64,000 nt of DNA, taken from a virus. Location of the stretch: the IMG/VR virus record IMGVR_UViG_3300009081_000012, positions 1 through 64,000 of that record, one strand, 5' to 3'. Of the stretch, positions 1 to 8,638 are shown one piece after another. Within the stretch, counting starts at the first letter, position 1. Each line of letters begins with the position of its first letter. Under the pieces are notes generated by a model that ran no database searches, had not been told where the DNA came from, and saw nothing but the letters and a program-made list of their open reading frames with translations. The translations under genes were made by a program, and so were the position numbers.

Positions 1-116
1 AAAGGAAACAATAACAGTTTATACCACGCAAGCACTAACTGTTCATAAGAGTTTTCCACGTCATATATGTAAGCTACTATGTTATGCATTTCAAGGTCTC
101 CTCTCCATAAGTTTCC

Positions 117-335
117 TTATTTCTTGGTCCACGTGATAAAGAAACCACCAAATTTATCTGATTTAGTTCTCCCTATCTCGACATCTTTTATGATCACCAG
201 CATGGCAAAAACGCCTGTAATACAGCCTATTAGCCAATATAAATACGACAAAGACACCTCAAAATACATGTCCAAAACCGCACTTATTGCTATACTTGCG
301 ATTAATATTAAAAGGCTCAAACTGCTATTTTTCAC
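117..335 (-). CDS. small membrane protein (2 TM), hypothetical
   Basis: ORF with two hydrophobic segments; AGGAGG SD upstream. Confidence 0.6.
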   Translation of the reverse strand: MKNSSLSLLILIASIAISAVLDMYFEVSLSYLYWLIGCITGVFAMLVIIKDVEIGRTKSDKFGGFFITWTKK

Positions 336-530
336 GTTCTACACCCTCCTTATTTAATATATAAATTATTGTATTTGTTATTTTTTCCCGCGGGCTCAAA
401 GAATAGCCCCCGATGTCCCCTATAAGAGTACAACTACAAGGTCTTTTACCCCGGTTTTCTGCTTTCCGGTTTCCTGCTTTCCACTTTTTTTCTTTTTCTC
501 TTTTTCCCTCCTTTTTCCCTTTTTAGACTT

Positions 531-640
531 TTTTCGGTATACTAATCGTCTTTTGTTTTTTCGGTATACAGTTCATTCGGTATACTGAATTGCACCATTC
601 GGTATACACTATTTTACGGTATACCGTATACCGAAAAATA
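531..640. repeat. cluster of (TT)CGGTATAC motifs, inverse orientation of the 1902-2103 repeat core
   Basis: ttttcggtatac, tttcggtatac, ttcggtatac, ttcggtatac, acggtataccgtataccgaaa seen directly. Confidence 0.65.
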
Positions 641-1159
641 TACTTTTCAGATATCATGGTTAAGTGAACATTATACAAAATTATTACAGTAGTTTATTCT
701 ATGTTATCAATGGGATACTGACCACCAACAATACGGCTTTCTAATACACTACATTTATTATATTATTACGGTAGGTTATGGATAGGTGGATACCTGGATA
801 CCGGCATGGTAGGATGAGGGATACGAAGGAATGAAGGACAGTTTACTAGTACATCGTATTTATACTATATGATTACAGCAGTTTAGATATGTGATACTGC
901 CACCTGAAGGATGGAATACTGGAGACTATAAAGTGGTTTACTGGTACACACAATACGGGATACTGGTATATCTTCTATTATTATACTATTATTGTATAAC
1001 ATAGCTACCAGGTGTCGATCGATCGTAATTTCGACATCGATTTTGGAATCGATCGACCGCGATGGTAAATATATAGCATAATGGTAGTATAACCATCATC
1101 CAGTACCCCGTCCTCAACCAGTTCTAACCTCTTGTATCGATTTGTAAATCTATCGATAG

Positions 1160-1426
1160 CTAAATCGACGATGAAGGAGTTCCCATATGTATAAGGGCTC
1201 CTGTTTCTTTTAGATACTCTTTAACCTCTGTATAATCAGGCATTGGCGGGAACTCACCGTCGTGAACCACCGCCCATGCTGGGATGAGCCGGTCCTTACC
1301 ATCAGAACATTTACCCAAAAATATACCTGGATCACCGGTCCATTCGACAAATTCCACTGTATAAGGAGCGTTTCCTGGTAGTGCTCTACCTGATATACCG
1401 TTATATTCGAAGTTCTTTATTATCAT
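1160..1426 (-). CDS. hypothetical protein
   Basis: 88-aa ORF, GGAGG SD. Confidence 0.65.
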   Translation of the reverse strand: MIIKNFEYNGISGRALPGNAPYTVEFVEWTGDPGIFLGKCSDGKDRLIPAWAVVHDGEFPPMPDYTEVKEYLKETGALIHMGTPSSSI

Positions 1427-1467
1427 GTTTCCTCCGCGGGAAAATTAAATAAATTCGGTCTGTTAAA

Positions 1468-1689
1468 TCATTTATTGTTAAGGATGTCTCTCAAATCAAT
1501 CGTGCCTATTTCAATTCCTTCGGGATAACCTGGAGTATTCTTATCCACTATCTTATCTATCATCTCCTGAAGTCTCTTTCTGCCGGCTAACTCCCTTAAT
1601 TCGTTGAAATATTCCATTACCATTAGTTGTCCTTCCATAGCAGAACAACGGTGTGCTCCTGCTAGGGGTTTTTTGACGGTTTCTGGCAT
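1468..1689 (-). CDS. hypothetical protein
   Basis: 73-aa ORF, AAGGAG SD. Confidence 0.65.
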   Translation of the reverse strand: MPETVKKPLAGAHRCSAMEGQLMVMEYFNELRELAGRKRLQEMIDKIVDKNTPGYPEGIEIGTIDLRDILNNK

Positions 1690-1871
1690 GACTTTTCTCC
1701 TTTCTTTTGTTGATGGTTTGTTAGTAATAGTAGTAAGTAATTGTATATATTAACATTTTTGTACCAGTATACCACACCCTATACCCACAAACATACCAGT
1801 TTGCTGTGAGTTAGTGGACGGTTTACTGGTATTATACCATAAAATAATATCATTATTATACTAAAATACCC

Positions 1872-1899
1872 TTGACAACCAGGAAATCGTGCTTATATT
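1872..1899 (+). promoter_or_regulatory. sigma70-like promoter
   Basis: TTGACA-16 nt-TATATT; same layout as five other promoters in the window. Confidence 0.7.
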
Positions 1900-1901
1900 A
1901 A

Positions 1902-2103
1902 CATTATACCGAAATAACTATAATGAACATTATACCGAAATAATAATCATTACACCGAAATAATAATGAACATTATACTGAAATAATCATTATACTGAAA
2001 TAATCATTATACCGAAATAATGACGAACATTATACCGAAATAATCATTATACCGAAATAATGATTGTTATACCGAAATAACTTTGAACATTATACCGAAA
2101 TAA
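1902..2103 (+). repeat. 10 direct repeats of CATTATACCGAAATAA (iteron/centromere-like)
   Basis: copies at about 1902, 1928, 1948, 1971, 1988, 2005, 2028, 2045, 2065 and 2088, separated by 1-10 nt linkers. Confidence 0.92.
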
Positions 2104-2115
2104 TTTGGAGGATGT

Positions 2116-2352
2116 ATGGCAGGACAAGGAAGGAAGAAAACGATATTCTTTAACGGAAGCAGATCGGTTCCTATGAGGATTGGAATTATGGAAGATATGG
2201 CGTTGGAAGACCTGGCAAAAAGAAGCGGTAAATCAAAAGCATATTTATGTAATTGTGCTATTGATTATCTATATAATAGTATAGAAGGATATGAAGTGTT
2301 GACAGATTTTCCACTGGTGTCAGAGAACGTTACCACGCAGGAGCAAATGTAA
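2116..2352 (+). CDS. ribbon-helix-helix DNA-binding protein
   Basis: SVPMRI strand, LEDLAKRSG helix and KSKAYLCNCAIDYL helix match the CopG/ParG RHH pattern; GGAGG SD. Confidence 0.75.
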   Translation: MAGQGRKKTIFFNGSRSVPMRIGIMEDMALEDLAKRSGKSKAYLCNCAIDYLYNSIEGYEVLTDFPLVSENVTTQEQM

Positions 2353-2686
2353 TCTTCTTGGTAACATAGTCATAACAATATGTTGTCTCTATTTCATACA
2401 CACGTTTGTCATTGACAATACGGGGTTGTAATTTAAGTGTTCTGTGGTCAAGATCATCTATACTATGAGTGAAAATTCTCAATTCTTCCGGGCGGACAAT
2501 AACAGCTCCTTTGAAAACGCAAGTAGGATTTCTTACCATTTCATAATGAGTTAAACACATATCTTCTATATGTATATGACTCCTCTTTATTTTATTTTTC
2601 ACACAATGTTTGGTAAAGGCTTCACTCACCTCTATTGATAATTCTCTTTGTAATTCTAAAAACCTGTATACTGGTTTTCTGCTCAT
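2330..2686 (-). CDS. hypothetical protein
   Basis: 118-aa ORF, AAGGAG SD. Confidence 0.65.
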   Translation of the reverse strand: MSRKPVYRFLELQRELSIEVSEAFTKHCVKNKIKRSHIHIEDMCLTHYEMVRNPTCVFKGAVIVRPEELRIFTHSIDDLDHRTLKLQPRIVNDKRVYEIETTYCYDYVTKKITFAPAW

Positions 2687-2760
2687 TGTTTTCTCCTTTC
2701 AAAATAGATCGGTTTACTGGTATATGTAATTGTAATTATTATACTATACAATATTATTTT

Positions 2761-2917
2761 TGGAGTGTGGAGCGAGATAGGATTTGAACCTACAAAGGGC
2801 CTTCAGTATGATGATAACAGCCCTACGTTGAAACCTTTTGGCACCGCGCCAGAATACAAACTACAAGTTTATACCCCTCATCATTTAACGGTAGCTTCCA
2901 CGCTACGTTCTCGCTCC
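2761..2917 (-). ncRNA. tRNA-like RNA (~150 nt) with 13-bp acceptor/T helix and expanded anticodon domain
   Basis: GGAGCGAG/CTCGCTCC acceptor; GTAGG-TTCAAAT-CCTAT T-arm; GTAGC/GCTAC D-arm; AGGGC/GCCCT variable arm; 3' end ...CCACACTCCA. Confidence 0.7.
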
Positions 2918-3164
2918 ATAAATTTCACTAGATATTTTTAACATGCGGTTCCGAACACCAAAAAACCACCCCCGTCCAGGAAATAGCTTCCTATGAAAAT
3001 AAATTCGGTTTTAAAACAAACAAACCCGGTCCACAACAAACAACATCTACTTTACCCAGAACTAATCTAATTAAGGCAAACAAATTCAGTACAACACTAC
3101 ATTCAAGCAAACAAATTCTGTATTCCATATCTATCTCCAGCAAACAAATTCGGTTATATACATG

Positions 3165-3211
3165 AAAGAAACCCTGTAATACCCCTCAACAGGAGAGATA
3201 TTACAGGATTA
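3165..3211 (-). terminator. intrinsic terminator after ssb
   Basis: AATCCTGTAATATCTCT...AGGGGTATTACAGGGTT hairpin followed by TCTTTC. Confidence 0.6.
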
Positions 3212-3231
3212 TTATGCCAATTGTTCTCCGA

Positions 3232-3999
3232 TTAGAACACCGGCACGTTGCTTACTCCGGCATTGTTTGCAACGGGCTGTTTCGGAACAAACCCGCCATT
3301 ACCGAAGATATCACCTGCCATATTCAACGGCGCTGGTGCCATGGGTGCCTGTGGCGGTGTAAATGCCTGTTGCACCATATTTGGCAGACTTGCCATATTC
3401 GGCAGAGTGTTCATACCGGGGATGTTTGCGACCCCAGCTTGTACGTTCGGCAGTACTACGTTCGCATAGCCGAATTTCTGACTTCCGGGAATATATGTTG
3501 CGGACTTCCGCGTTGCAATAATCTGCGCCCATATATTGTTATCCGGATGATTTTTGACATTCCAGTACTGAGGCCGTCTGCCCGCTCTGATTTCTTCATC
3601 TACGAGCTCCTGCGCCTCTTCGCCAATCCTGAACTGTGTGATGGTGAACGCAACCCTGTCAATCAGGATGGGCTGACCGTTAGCACCCACAAGAGGAACG
3701 TTGTTCTGGAAATATCTGCTCTGGAAGGTGTGCGGTACGACTGTTGCGTCGAACGCTCTTCCTTTGTTGAGGGTTTTGGCACAGAAATCAGCCAATTTGC
3801 CCCACGCTACGAACTGGAAGAAGTCAGTTCCGGCAACGCCGGTTTTCTGGTTCTTCAATCCGTTGATAGCGCAAGGGATTTTCACCCTCTGGTTAATCTG
3901 AACACCATCTGCCCGAACGTAGCCGGGCGTATAGCTCAACGGTGCACTTACTCTGAAATTCGACCCAAATCCCATAAAAATACCTGCGTTTCTACCCAT
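3232..3999 (-). CDS. ssb: single-stranded DNA-binding protein (divergent)
   Basis: TDFFQFVAWGKLADFCAKTLNKG SSB motif; P/N/M-rich tail ending VPVF; start chosen from the GAAAGGAG SD. Confidence 0.75.
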   Translation of the reverse strand: MGRNAGIFMGFGSNFRVSAPLSYTPGYVRADGVQINQRVKIPCAINGLKNQKTGVAGTDFFQFVAWGKLADFCAKTLNKGRAFDATVVPHTFQSRYFQNNVPLVGANGQPILIDRVAFTITQFRIGEEAQELVDEEIRAGRRPQYWNVKNHPDNNIWAQIIATRKSATYIPGSQKFGYANVVLPNVQAGVANIPGMNTLPNMASLPNMVQQAFTPPQAPMAPAPLNMAGDIFGNGGFVPKQPVANNAGVSNVPVF

Positions 4000-4165
4000 G
4001 GTACAACTCCTTTCGCCTTTCGGCATCAAAAATAATAAATAATGAAACGTCGTGATATACCCATCATAGGGCATATATTACCAGACGCCATAACTATTAA
4101 CTATGACTAATAGCGACTATACGCTGTCATAGTTTACTTTGGGAGACATGGACCACCCACATCCC

Positions 4166-4270
4166 CCAGAACACCTGTCCCCAGACGACCCCAGAGCCAG
4201 AACCAGTATACCAGAACTATCTCCAGCACCTTCCAGAACACCTGTCCCCAGACGACCCAAGAACCAGAAC
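4166..4270. repeat. duplicated CCAGAACACCTGTCCCCAGACGACCC unit; third partial copy at ~6229-6258
   Basis: direct repeats read from the sequence. Confidence 0.7.
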
Positions 4271-4596
4271 TATTCGTCAACATCGACGATACAACAATCA
4301 TTATCAAGGTCGTTGTAGAAGGTGTTTAAAAGACTTAATCCGTCTGCCGGATTATGGTCTTCTGTTTCGATTTCATCTTCCTCAACTTCCCTGAGTTTAT
4401 CGAGGTCTTCTGTGTCGGGATGTACTTTGTTTTCTACAACATCCCTAATGCAACCTCTGGTATAATCATAATATACCAGAACAGAGACATAAAGCGGAAG
4501 TACGTCGTTTTCTGCGACTAACTCAACTCCAGCCTCTGTTCTGATAGTCAATTGTCTACCCACCCGTTTTGTTGTTATTCCTTGGATGGGTTTCAT
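4270..4596 (-). CDS. hypothetical protein, acidic C-terminus
   Basis: 108-aa ORF directly after the upstream gene. Confidence 0.65.
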   Translation of the reverse strand: MKPIQGITTKRVGRQLTIRTEAGVELVAENDVLPLYVSVLVYYDYTRGCIRDVVENKVHPDTEDLDKLREVEEDEIETEDHNPADGLSLLNTFYNDLDNDCCIVDVDE

Positions 4597-4597
4597 G

Positions 4598-6154
4598 TCA
4601 GCACGCTTCCCATTGTGTTAACTGAGAACCTGGAGCTACTACAGCTTTACAGATATACTGTTTTGCTCCGTTGGCTTTGGCGTTGTCGTCTCCTTCCATT
4701 ACGTAGACGATTTTGGCGCCACCGCGTGCCATGATGGCGGTCTTGGTATACTGACCGTTGCCATCTAATTTGCCGGGATTTTGGGGCAGAACCAGTCGAC
4801 ACATCTCAACGCCGTCATTGTTGATAAACAGCTTATATGTCGGCAGTGCCTTGAACTTCCCGATGTACCCTATCAGACCGTTCGTAGTGGGTGCTTTAAC
4901 CCATCTGCCATTATGGAAGAAATTCATGGCAACTACGACCTGTTTCTCCTGCTCTGTTAACGCAATGGTGTTCTGCGCGACCAGTTCAGGATTTGAGAAT
5001 GCCTTGTCTGAATTGGTTAACTGCCCACAGGCAAAGATAGCATGGAAGCATTTTGTATAAACGCCTCTTGCTATGTCGCTGGTCTGTTGTGCTGATAACC
5101 CTGTTTTTGGCAGAGTTACCTTTACTCCAGTATGCTGGTCTGCCGTCATGGTTGAGAATGTTGCCTGAGCCATGGGTATGGGTGCAGGTTGAGGAGTGGC
5201 GACAGCTATCGGTTGAGGAGGTGCCATGGTAGCTTTGGCGAATTCAACCATACCACCAGAGCCAGCATAATTCTCATCGAAGTCATCGTCAGTTGCGGTG
5301 GCAAATTCACCATAGATGCCAGGCTCGTTGTCGAACCCGTCGTCCCAGCCATCATCTGCGAACTGAACAGGAGCATTCATAGAAGTTGTTGCCGAAGCCA
5401 TGGCGGGTGCGACAGCTGTTTGAACCGGTGCTGAGACTGTTTGTACCGGTACCTGGATAGGAGGAGCTTCAGCTGTCAGAGACGGAGCAATTGAGACAAC
5501 GGCCATCTTTGGTAAAGATGTCCATCTGATGTCGTTGTCTTCAGCCCCTGAAGCGAAGTGCATGTACGCTCTGAATGTACTCAGCTTCAGTTCGAGTGTA
5601 CTTTCCGTGGGCTTATACCAAACCCACAAACCTTCATCGAACATCCGCTTCTGAGTGTCAAAGAAGTCTCCTTCTTTTGCACCCTGAGCCAGCTCGTTCA
5701 TCTGCTCCCGGATGAATTCACAACTTCCGGGTTCAAGGGCATAATCCCTCGCTATCTCGAACGCCATCACTTTTGCTGAAGCTGAAACATCTTCTTCAGA
5801 CAGTTCCGGGTCATAAAGATGCAACGCCTCATGAATGATTGAGACGTACATATTATGCCAGAAGAGCGCGTTGATAGAAATCCCCTGCATCTCTGTTTCG
5901 TCTATGATTTTGTCATATGACTTGCAGAAGGTGTGCATGAGATTGATGACTACAGCCCCGCTGTCAGGGGCGCAGTTCGCCAATTCACCCTTCGGAGCTG
6001 TGAGGCTGAACACCACCAGTTTTATCGGACAGGAGCGTTCCGTTCTTCTGGCCATCTCCTGGAAAATGGTGTCCATGTTTCTGATTGCTTTGGTACCACC
6101 GACTAAGCTGGCACCGATAACCGCGGTTTCATTGTTCGTTAGACTATAAATCAT
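4598..6154 (-). CDS. large protein with HExxH metallopeptidase-like N-domain, A/P/D-rich linker and unknown C-domain
   Basis: IIHEALHL motif; start at MIYSL from the GAAAGGAG SD. Confidence 0.65.
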   Translation of the reverse strand: MIYSLTNNETAVIGASLVGGTKAIRNMDTIFQEMARRTERSCPIKLVVFSLTAPKGELANCAPDSGAVVINLMHTFCKSYDKIIDETEMQGISINALFWHNMYVSIIHEALHLYDPELSEEDVSASAKVMAFEIARDYALEPGSCEFIREQMNELAQGAKEGDFFDTQKRMFDEGLWVWYKPTESTLELKLSTFRAYMHFASGAEDNDIRWTSLPKMAVVSIAPSLTAEAPPIQVPVQTVSAPVQTAVAPAMASATTSMNAPVQFADDGWDDGFDNEPGIYGEFATATDDDFDENYAGSGGMVEFAKATMAPPQPIAVATPQPAPIPMAQATFSTMTADQHTGVKVTLPKTGLSAQQTSDIARGVYTKCFHAIFACGQLTNSDKAFSNPELVAQNTIALTEQEKQVVVAMNFFHNGRWVKAPTTNGLIGYIGKFKALPTYKLFINNDGVEMCRLVLPQNPGKLDGNGQYTKTAIMARGGAKIVYVMEGDDNAKANGAKQYICKAVVAPGSQLTQWEAC

Positions 6155-6169
6155 AATAAATCTCCTTTC

Positions 6170-6790
6170 GGGGTAAATACCCCAGTAGCGACGCGTAATT
6201 GCGTCTGTTTCAATTAAACTCTCAAAAAACCAGTCCCCAGACGAACCCAGAACCAGTTCTTCGAGAGTTACTAAATGGTGGTACATCCACCATCAAAAAA
6301 ACGGTAAAACGAAAAAGCGAACCCCGGTAGACTGTGGGAACTGCTGTACGGGGCTCTGGTAGGAACGGTGTCCGAAAAGCCGGAGGCTTACTGGAGCGAC
6401 GAAGTTGCGGAAGTAAGCCGGAGGCGCCAAGCGAACCGGCGACTGTGTAGAGAGCGGTTTGCTGGTATCTGCTTCTCGGTAAGCTGTAGGTTGGTCGAGC
6501 CCGACCTTCAGGTCGTTGGCGAGAGCAGGCTGAGCGGTTTGCTGTTTAAACCGCGAAGAGCTGTAAAATCTTAAAGACGCCCACGCCTGCTCCCGGTTGT
6601 TTGGGAGCGGGCGGGGGCATCCTGTTAGAACAAGAAACAGTTTGATGAGCGAAGATTGATGGATAGGCGGCGCGCTAGCGCCGCCGCACTGGGTCGCGTT
6701 ATCCACGAAGTGGCATCGGAAGCATTGTAGTAGCCCCCAGCACTGTAAATGTAAAATATGATTTTGTGACATTGCATTTTGCACCCCGCT
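6170..6790. other. GC-rich non-coding hairpin field (structured RNA or ssDNA element)
   Basis: at least 9 hairpins, e.g. GGCTTACT..AGTAAGCC, CGCCTGCTCCC..GGGAGCGGGCG, GGCGGCGC-GCTA-GCGCCGCC, CCAC-GAA-GTGG. Confidence 0.6.
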
Positions 6791-6811
6791 AAACTGTCTC
6801 TTGTCATTACA

Positions 6812-7165
6812 TCAGTATCTGACGACATGTACCACCAGGTTCTTACTGTTAGCGATGGCAATCATGTTAGCTGTACCACGACTTTGACCATCCCAGAAAG
6901 CAACTAAGCCGTCAGCGATTTTAGCCATATCCTCATTACGTATATAGCCAGCACTTTTCTTATATTTGTTCCAGTCTGCTGGCATCTTGATAACAGGAAT
7001 ACCCATTTCACTGGCGTATCTCAGAGCTAATGTGTCAGCTCCGCGCGCCATACCAGAAATAATTACCAATTCATTCTTTGGAATATTCTGGAATAAATAA
7101 TCAAGACGTTCTTTCATAAGAGGATAATTACTAAAATCTCTTCCACCAGCTACTATGATTTTCAC
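6812..7165 (-). CDS. SLOG family protein (YspA/DUF2493-like)
   Basis: IIVAGGRDF, IISGMARGAD, AGYIRNEDM, AFWDGQSRGT motifs. Confidence 0.85.
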   Translation of the reverse strand: MKIIVAGGRDFSNYPLMKERLDYLFQNIPKNELVIISGMARGADTLALRYASEMGIPVIKMPADWNKYKKSAGYIRNEDMAKIADGLVAFWDGQSRGTANMIAIANSKNLVVHVVRY

Positions 7166-7202
7166 TAAATCACCTCCCTTCATATGAAATCAATAATTTA
7201 AT

Positions 7203-7679
7203 TCAAAATGGAATATCATCATCAACGAAACCGTTAAGTACACCAGGAGTATAAGGTTCCGGAGATTTGGCTACAGGAGCAACAGGTGCAAAGACATTAC
7301 GCTGTCTAAAGAACTCTTCTGCCCCTTTACGCACAAACAAGTCAAGTCCTCTTTGTTGAAACAGATGAAACATAGCTATTCTCTGTTCGCGGTTTATTAT
7401 AGGTTCCAGTCTTTTCATTTCTTCAGTGGCATACTGCCACATAAACCATATACCATCGTCTTCAGCAACGATTACATTTAACGGGGGTAGTACTTCAGCC
7501 AAAGAAAACTTGAAGTTTGAGGTATCACCATAATCATCATTTTTTGTGAAAGCAACATCTTTCTTTTCTAAGAGCTCCAATAATTTAAGAGCATCTTCTT
7601 TTTCCATCACAATATCTATATCACTGTTTTCTGTGATGGGTCCATAAACACGGCTTCCAGTTAACAAAATTTTACTCAT
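7203..7679 (-). CDS. minimal nucleotidyltransferase (Pol-beta fold) with SSB-like DDDIPF tail
   Basis: LTGSRVYG...SDIDIV (GS...DxD); C-terminus DDDIPF. Confidence 0.7.
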   Translation of the reverse strand: MSKILLTGSRVYGPITENSDIDIVMEKEDALKLLELLEKKDVAFTKNDDYGDTSNFKFSLAEVLPPLNVIVAEDDGIWFMWQYATEEMKRLEPIINREQRIAMFHLFQQRGLDLFVRKGAEEFFRQRNVFAPVAPVAKSPEPYTPGVLNGFVDDDIPF

Positions 7680-7707
7680 AATAATTTCTCCTTTTTAGTT
7701 TTATTGT

Positions 7708-8148
7708 TTAAACATGTTTCCAACATACTGGACCAAACCCACGTTCTACTGATTTGTCATCAGTCAAATGATGTCCACAACGTCCGCAGAAATCATTGTG
7801 TGTAACCCTGACTATTGATAAATGTTCATATATACCAAGAGCCACACCAAGTAACCAAACAAACACAAACCACTCTTTATCAAATTGAGCAAACTTAGAG
7901 TTTTTGGTGGTTACTAATGCAAAATGGTTGTGGTCAGGAACATATCCTACATAAAGCCACCTAGTTTTTGGAAGTTCTTCGGCGTTGATGCTTACAAACC
8001 ACATTTTTTTATTGTTTTTTGATGAGCTTATTACTCTATATACCATTTTGAAATCATATTCAGTAGAAAACATGGTTATTGATGCCTTACCTGCAAAAAT
8101 AAAACGTTTAATTTCTTCCTTGTTCATACATTTTCTTGTATTAGGCAT
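7708..8148 (-). CDS. DUF6011-like zinc-finger phage protein
   Basis: CGRCGHHLTDDKSVERGFGPVC C-terminal motif. Confidence 0.75.
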   Translation of the reverse strand: MPNTRKCMNKEEIKRFIFAGKASITMFSTEYDFKMVYRVISSSKNNKKMWFVSINAEELPKTRWLYVGYVPDHNHFALVTTKNSKFAQFDKEWFVFVWLLGVALGIYEHLSIVRVTHNDFCGRCGHHLTDDKSVERGFGPVCWKHV

Positions 8149-8175
8149 TATAAATCACCTCCTTTCATGTGAATG

Positions 8176-8619
8176 TTATTTTTCCAATGATGTCATTTTT
8201 ACACATCTGCTTGGACATTTCTTATTTTGGCATTCGAAGTCAATATCAAGGCAACTGAGCTCTCCACCTGTCCACTCTCCACAGTCCGGGCAGTAATACT
8301 CTTCATGCTCTTCGTACCAGTCTATGAAGTCCAGATTAACGGAGAAATTAGCATCAACCAGTTCCATATCCTCCTCTGATATCCAAGCAACTTTGTTGTC
8401 TACGACATTCTTTCCACCCTGTGTTAAGGGCACGTTCTCTCCAGAGACCAGCAACAGTACAGAAAATTCTCCTCCTGAACTGCGCTCTATTAGGAGAACC
8501 TCACGATTAGGATAATTCTCACGCCAGCTTCTCTCAAAGTGTCGCCTGTCTTTCTTATTTTTTGGAGCGGGCGGAAGAATACGAGCCCGACAACCAACAG
8601 TAAGACGTTTCTTTTCCAT
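8176..8619 (-). CDS. hypothetical protein with C-terminal Zn ribbon
   Basis: CPDCG...CQNKKC; GGAGG SD. Confidence 0.6.
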   Translation of the reverse strand: MEKKRLTVGCRARILPPAPKNKKDRRHFERSWRENYPNREVLLIERSSGGEFSVLLLVSGENVPLTQGGKNVVDNKVAWISEEDMELVDANFSVNLDFIDWYEEHEEYYCPDCGEWTGGELSCLDIDFECQNKKCPSRCVKMTSLEK

Positions 8620-8638
8620 AACAATTCCTCCTTCTTTC

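Noticed and set aside
1902-2103. CRISPR array
   Set aside because: Linkers are only 1-10 nt and resemble each other; there are no unique 25-45 nt spacers and no cas genes in the window.
2761-2917. tmRNA or a standard tRNA-Sec call
   Set aside because: Only ~150 nt, no G3-U70 pair or tag ORF, no 7-nt UCA anticodon loop, and the discriminator is not G.
3214-4035. 273-aa plus-strand ORF and other antisense ORFs in 3.2-6.2 kb
   Set aside because: Shadow frames of the GC-richer minus-strand ssb and HExxH genes; no SD or recognisable motifs.
6293-6784. 163-aa minus-strand ORF
   Set aside because: No SD, atypical composition, and it lies across a hairpin-dense GC-rich tract where stop codons are rare by chance.
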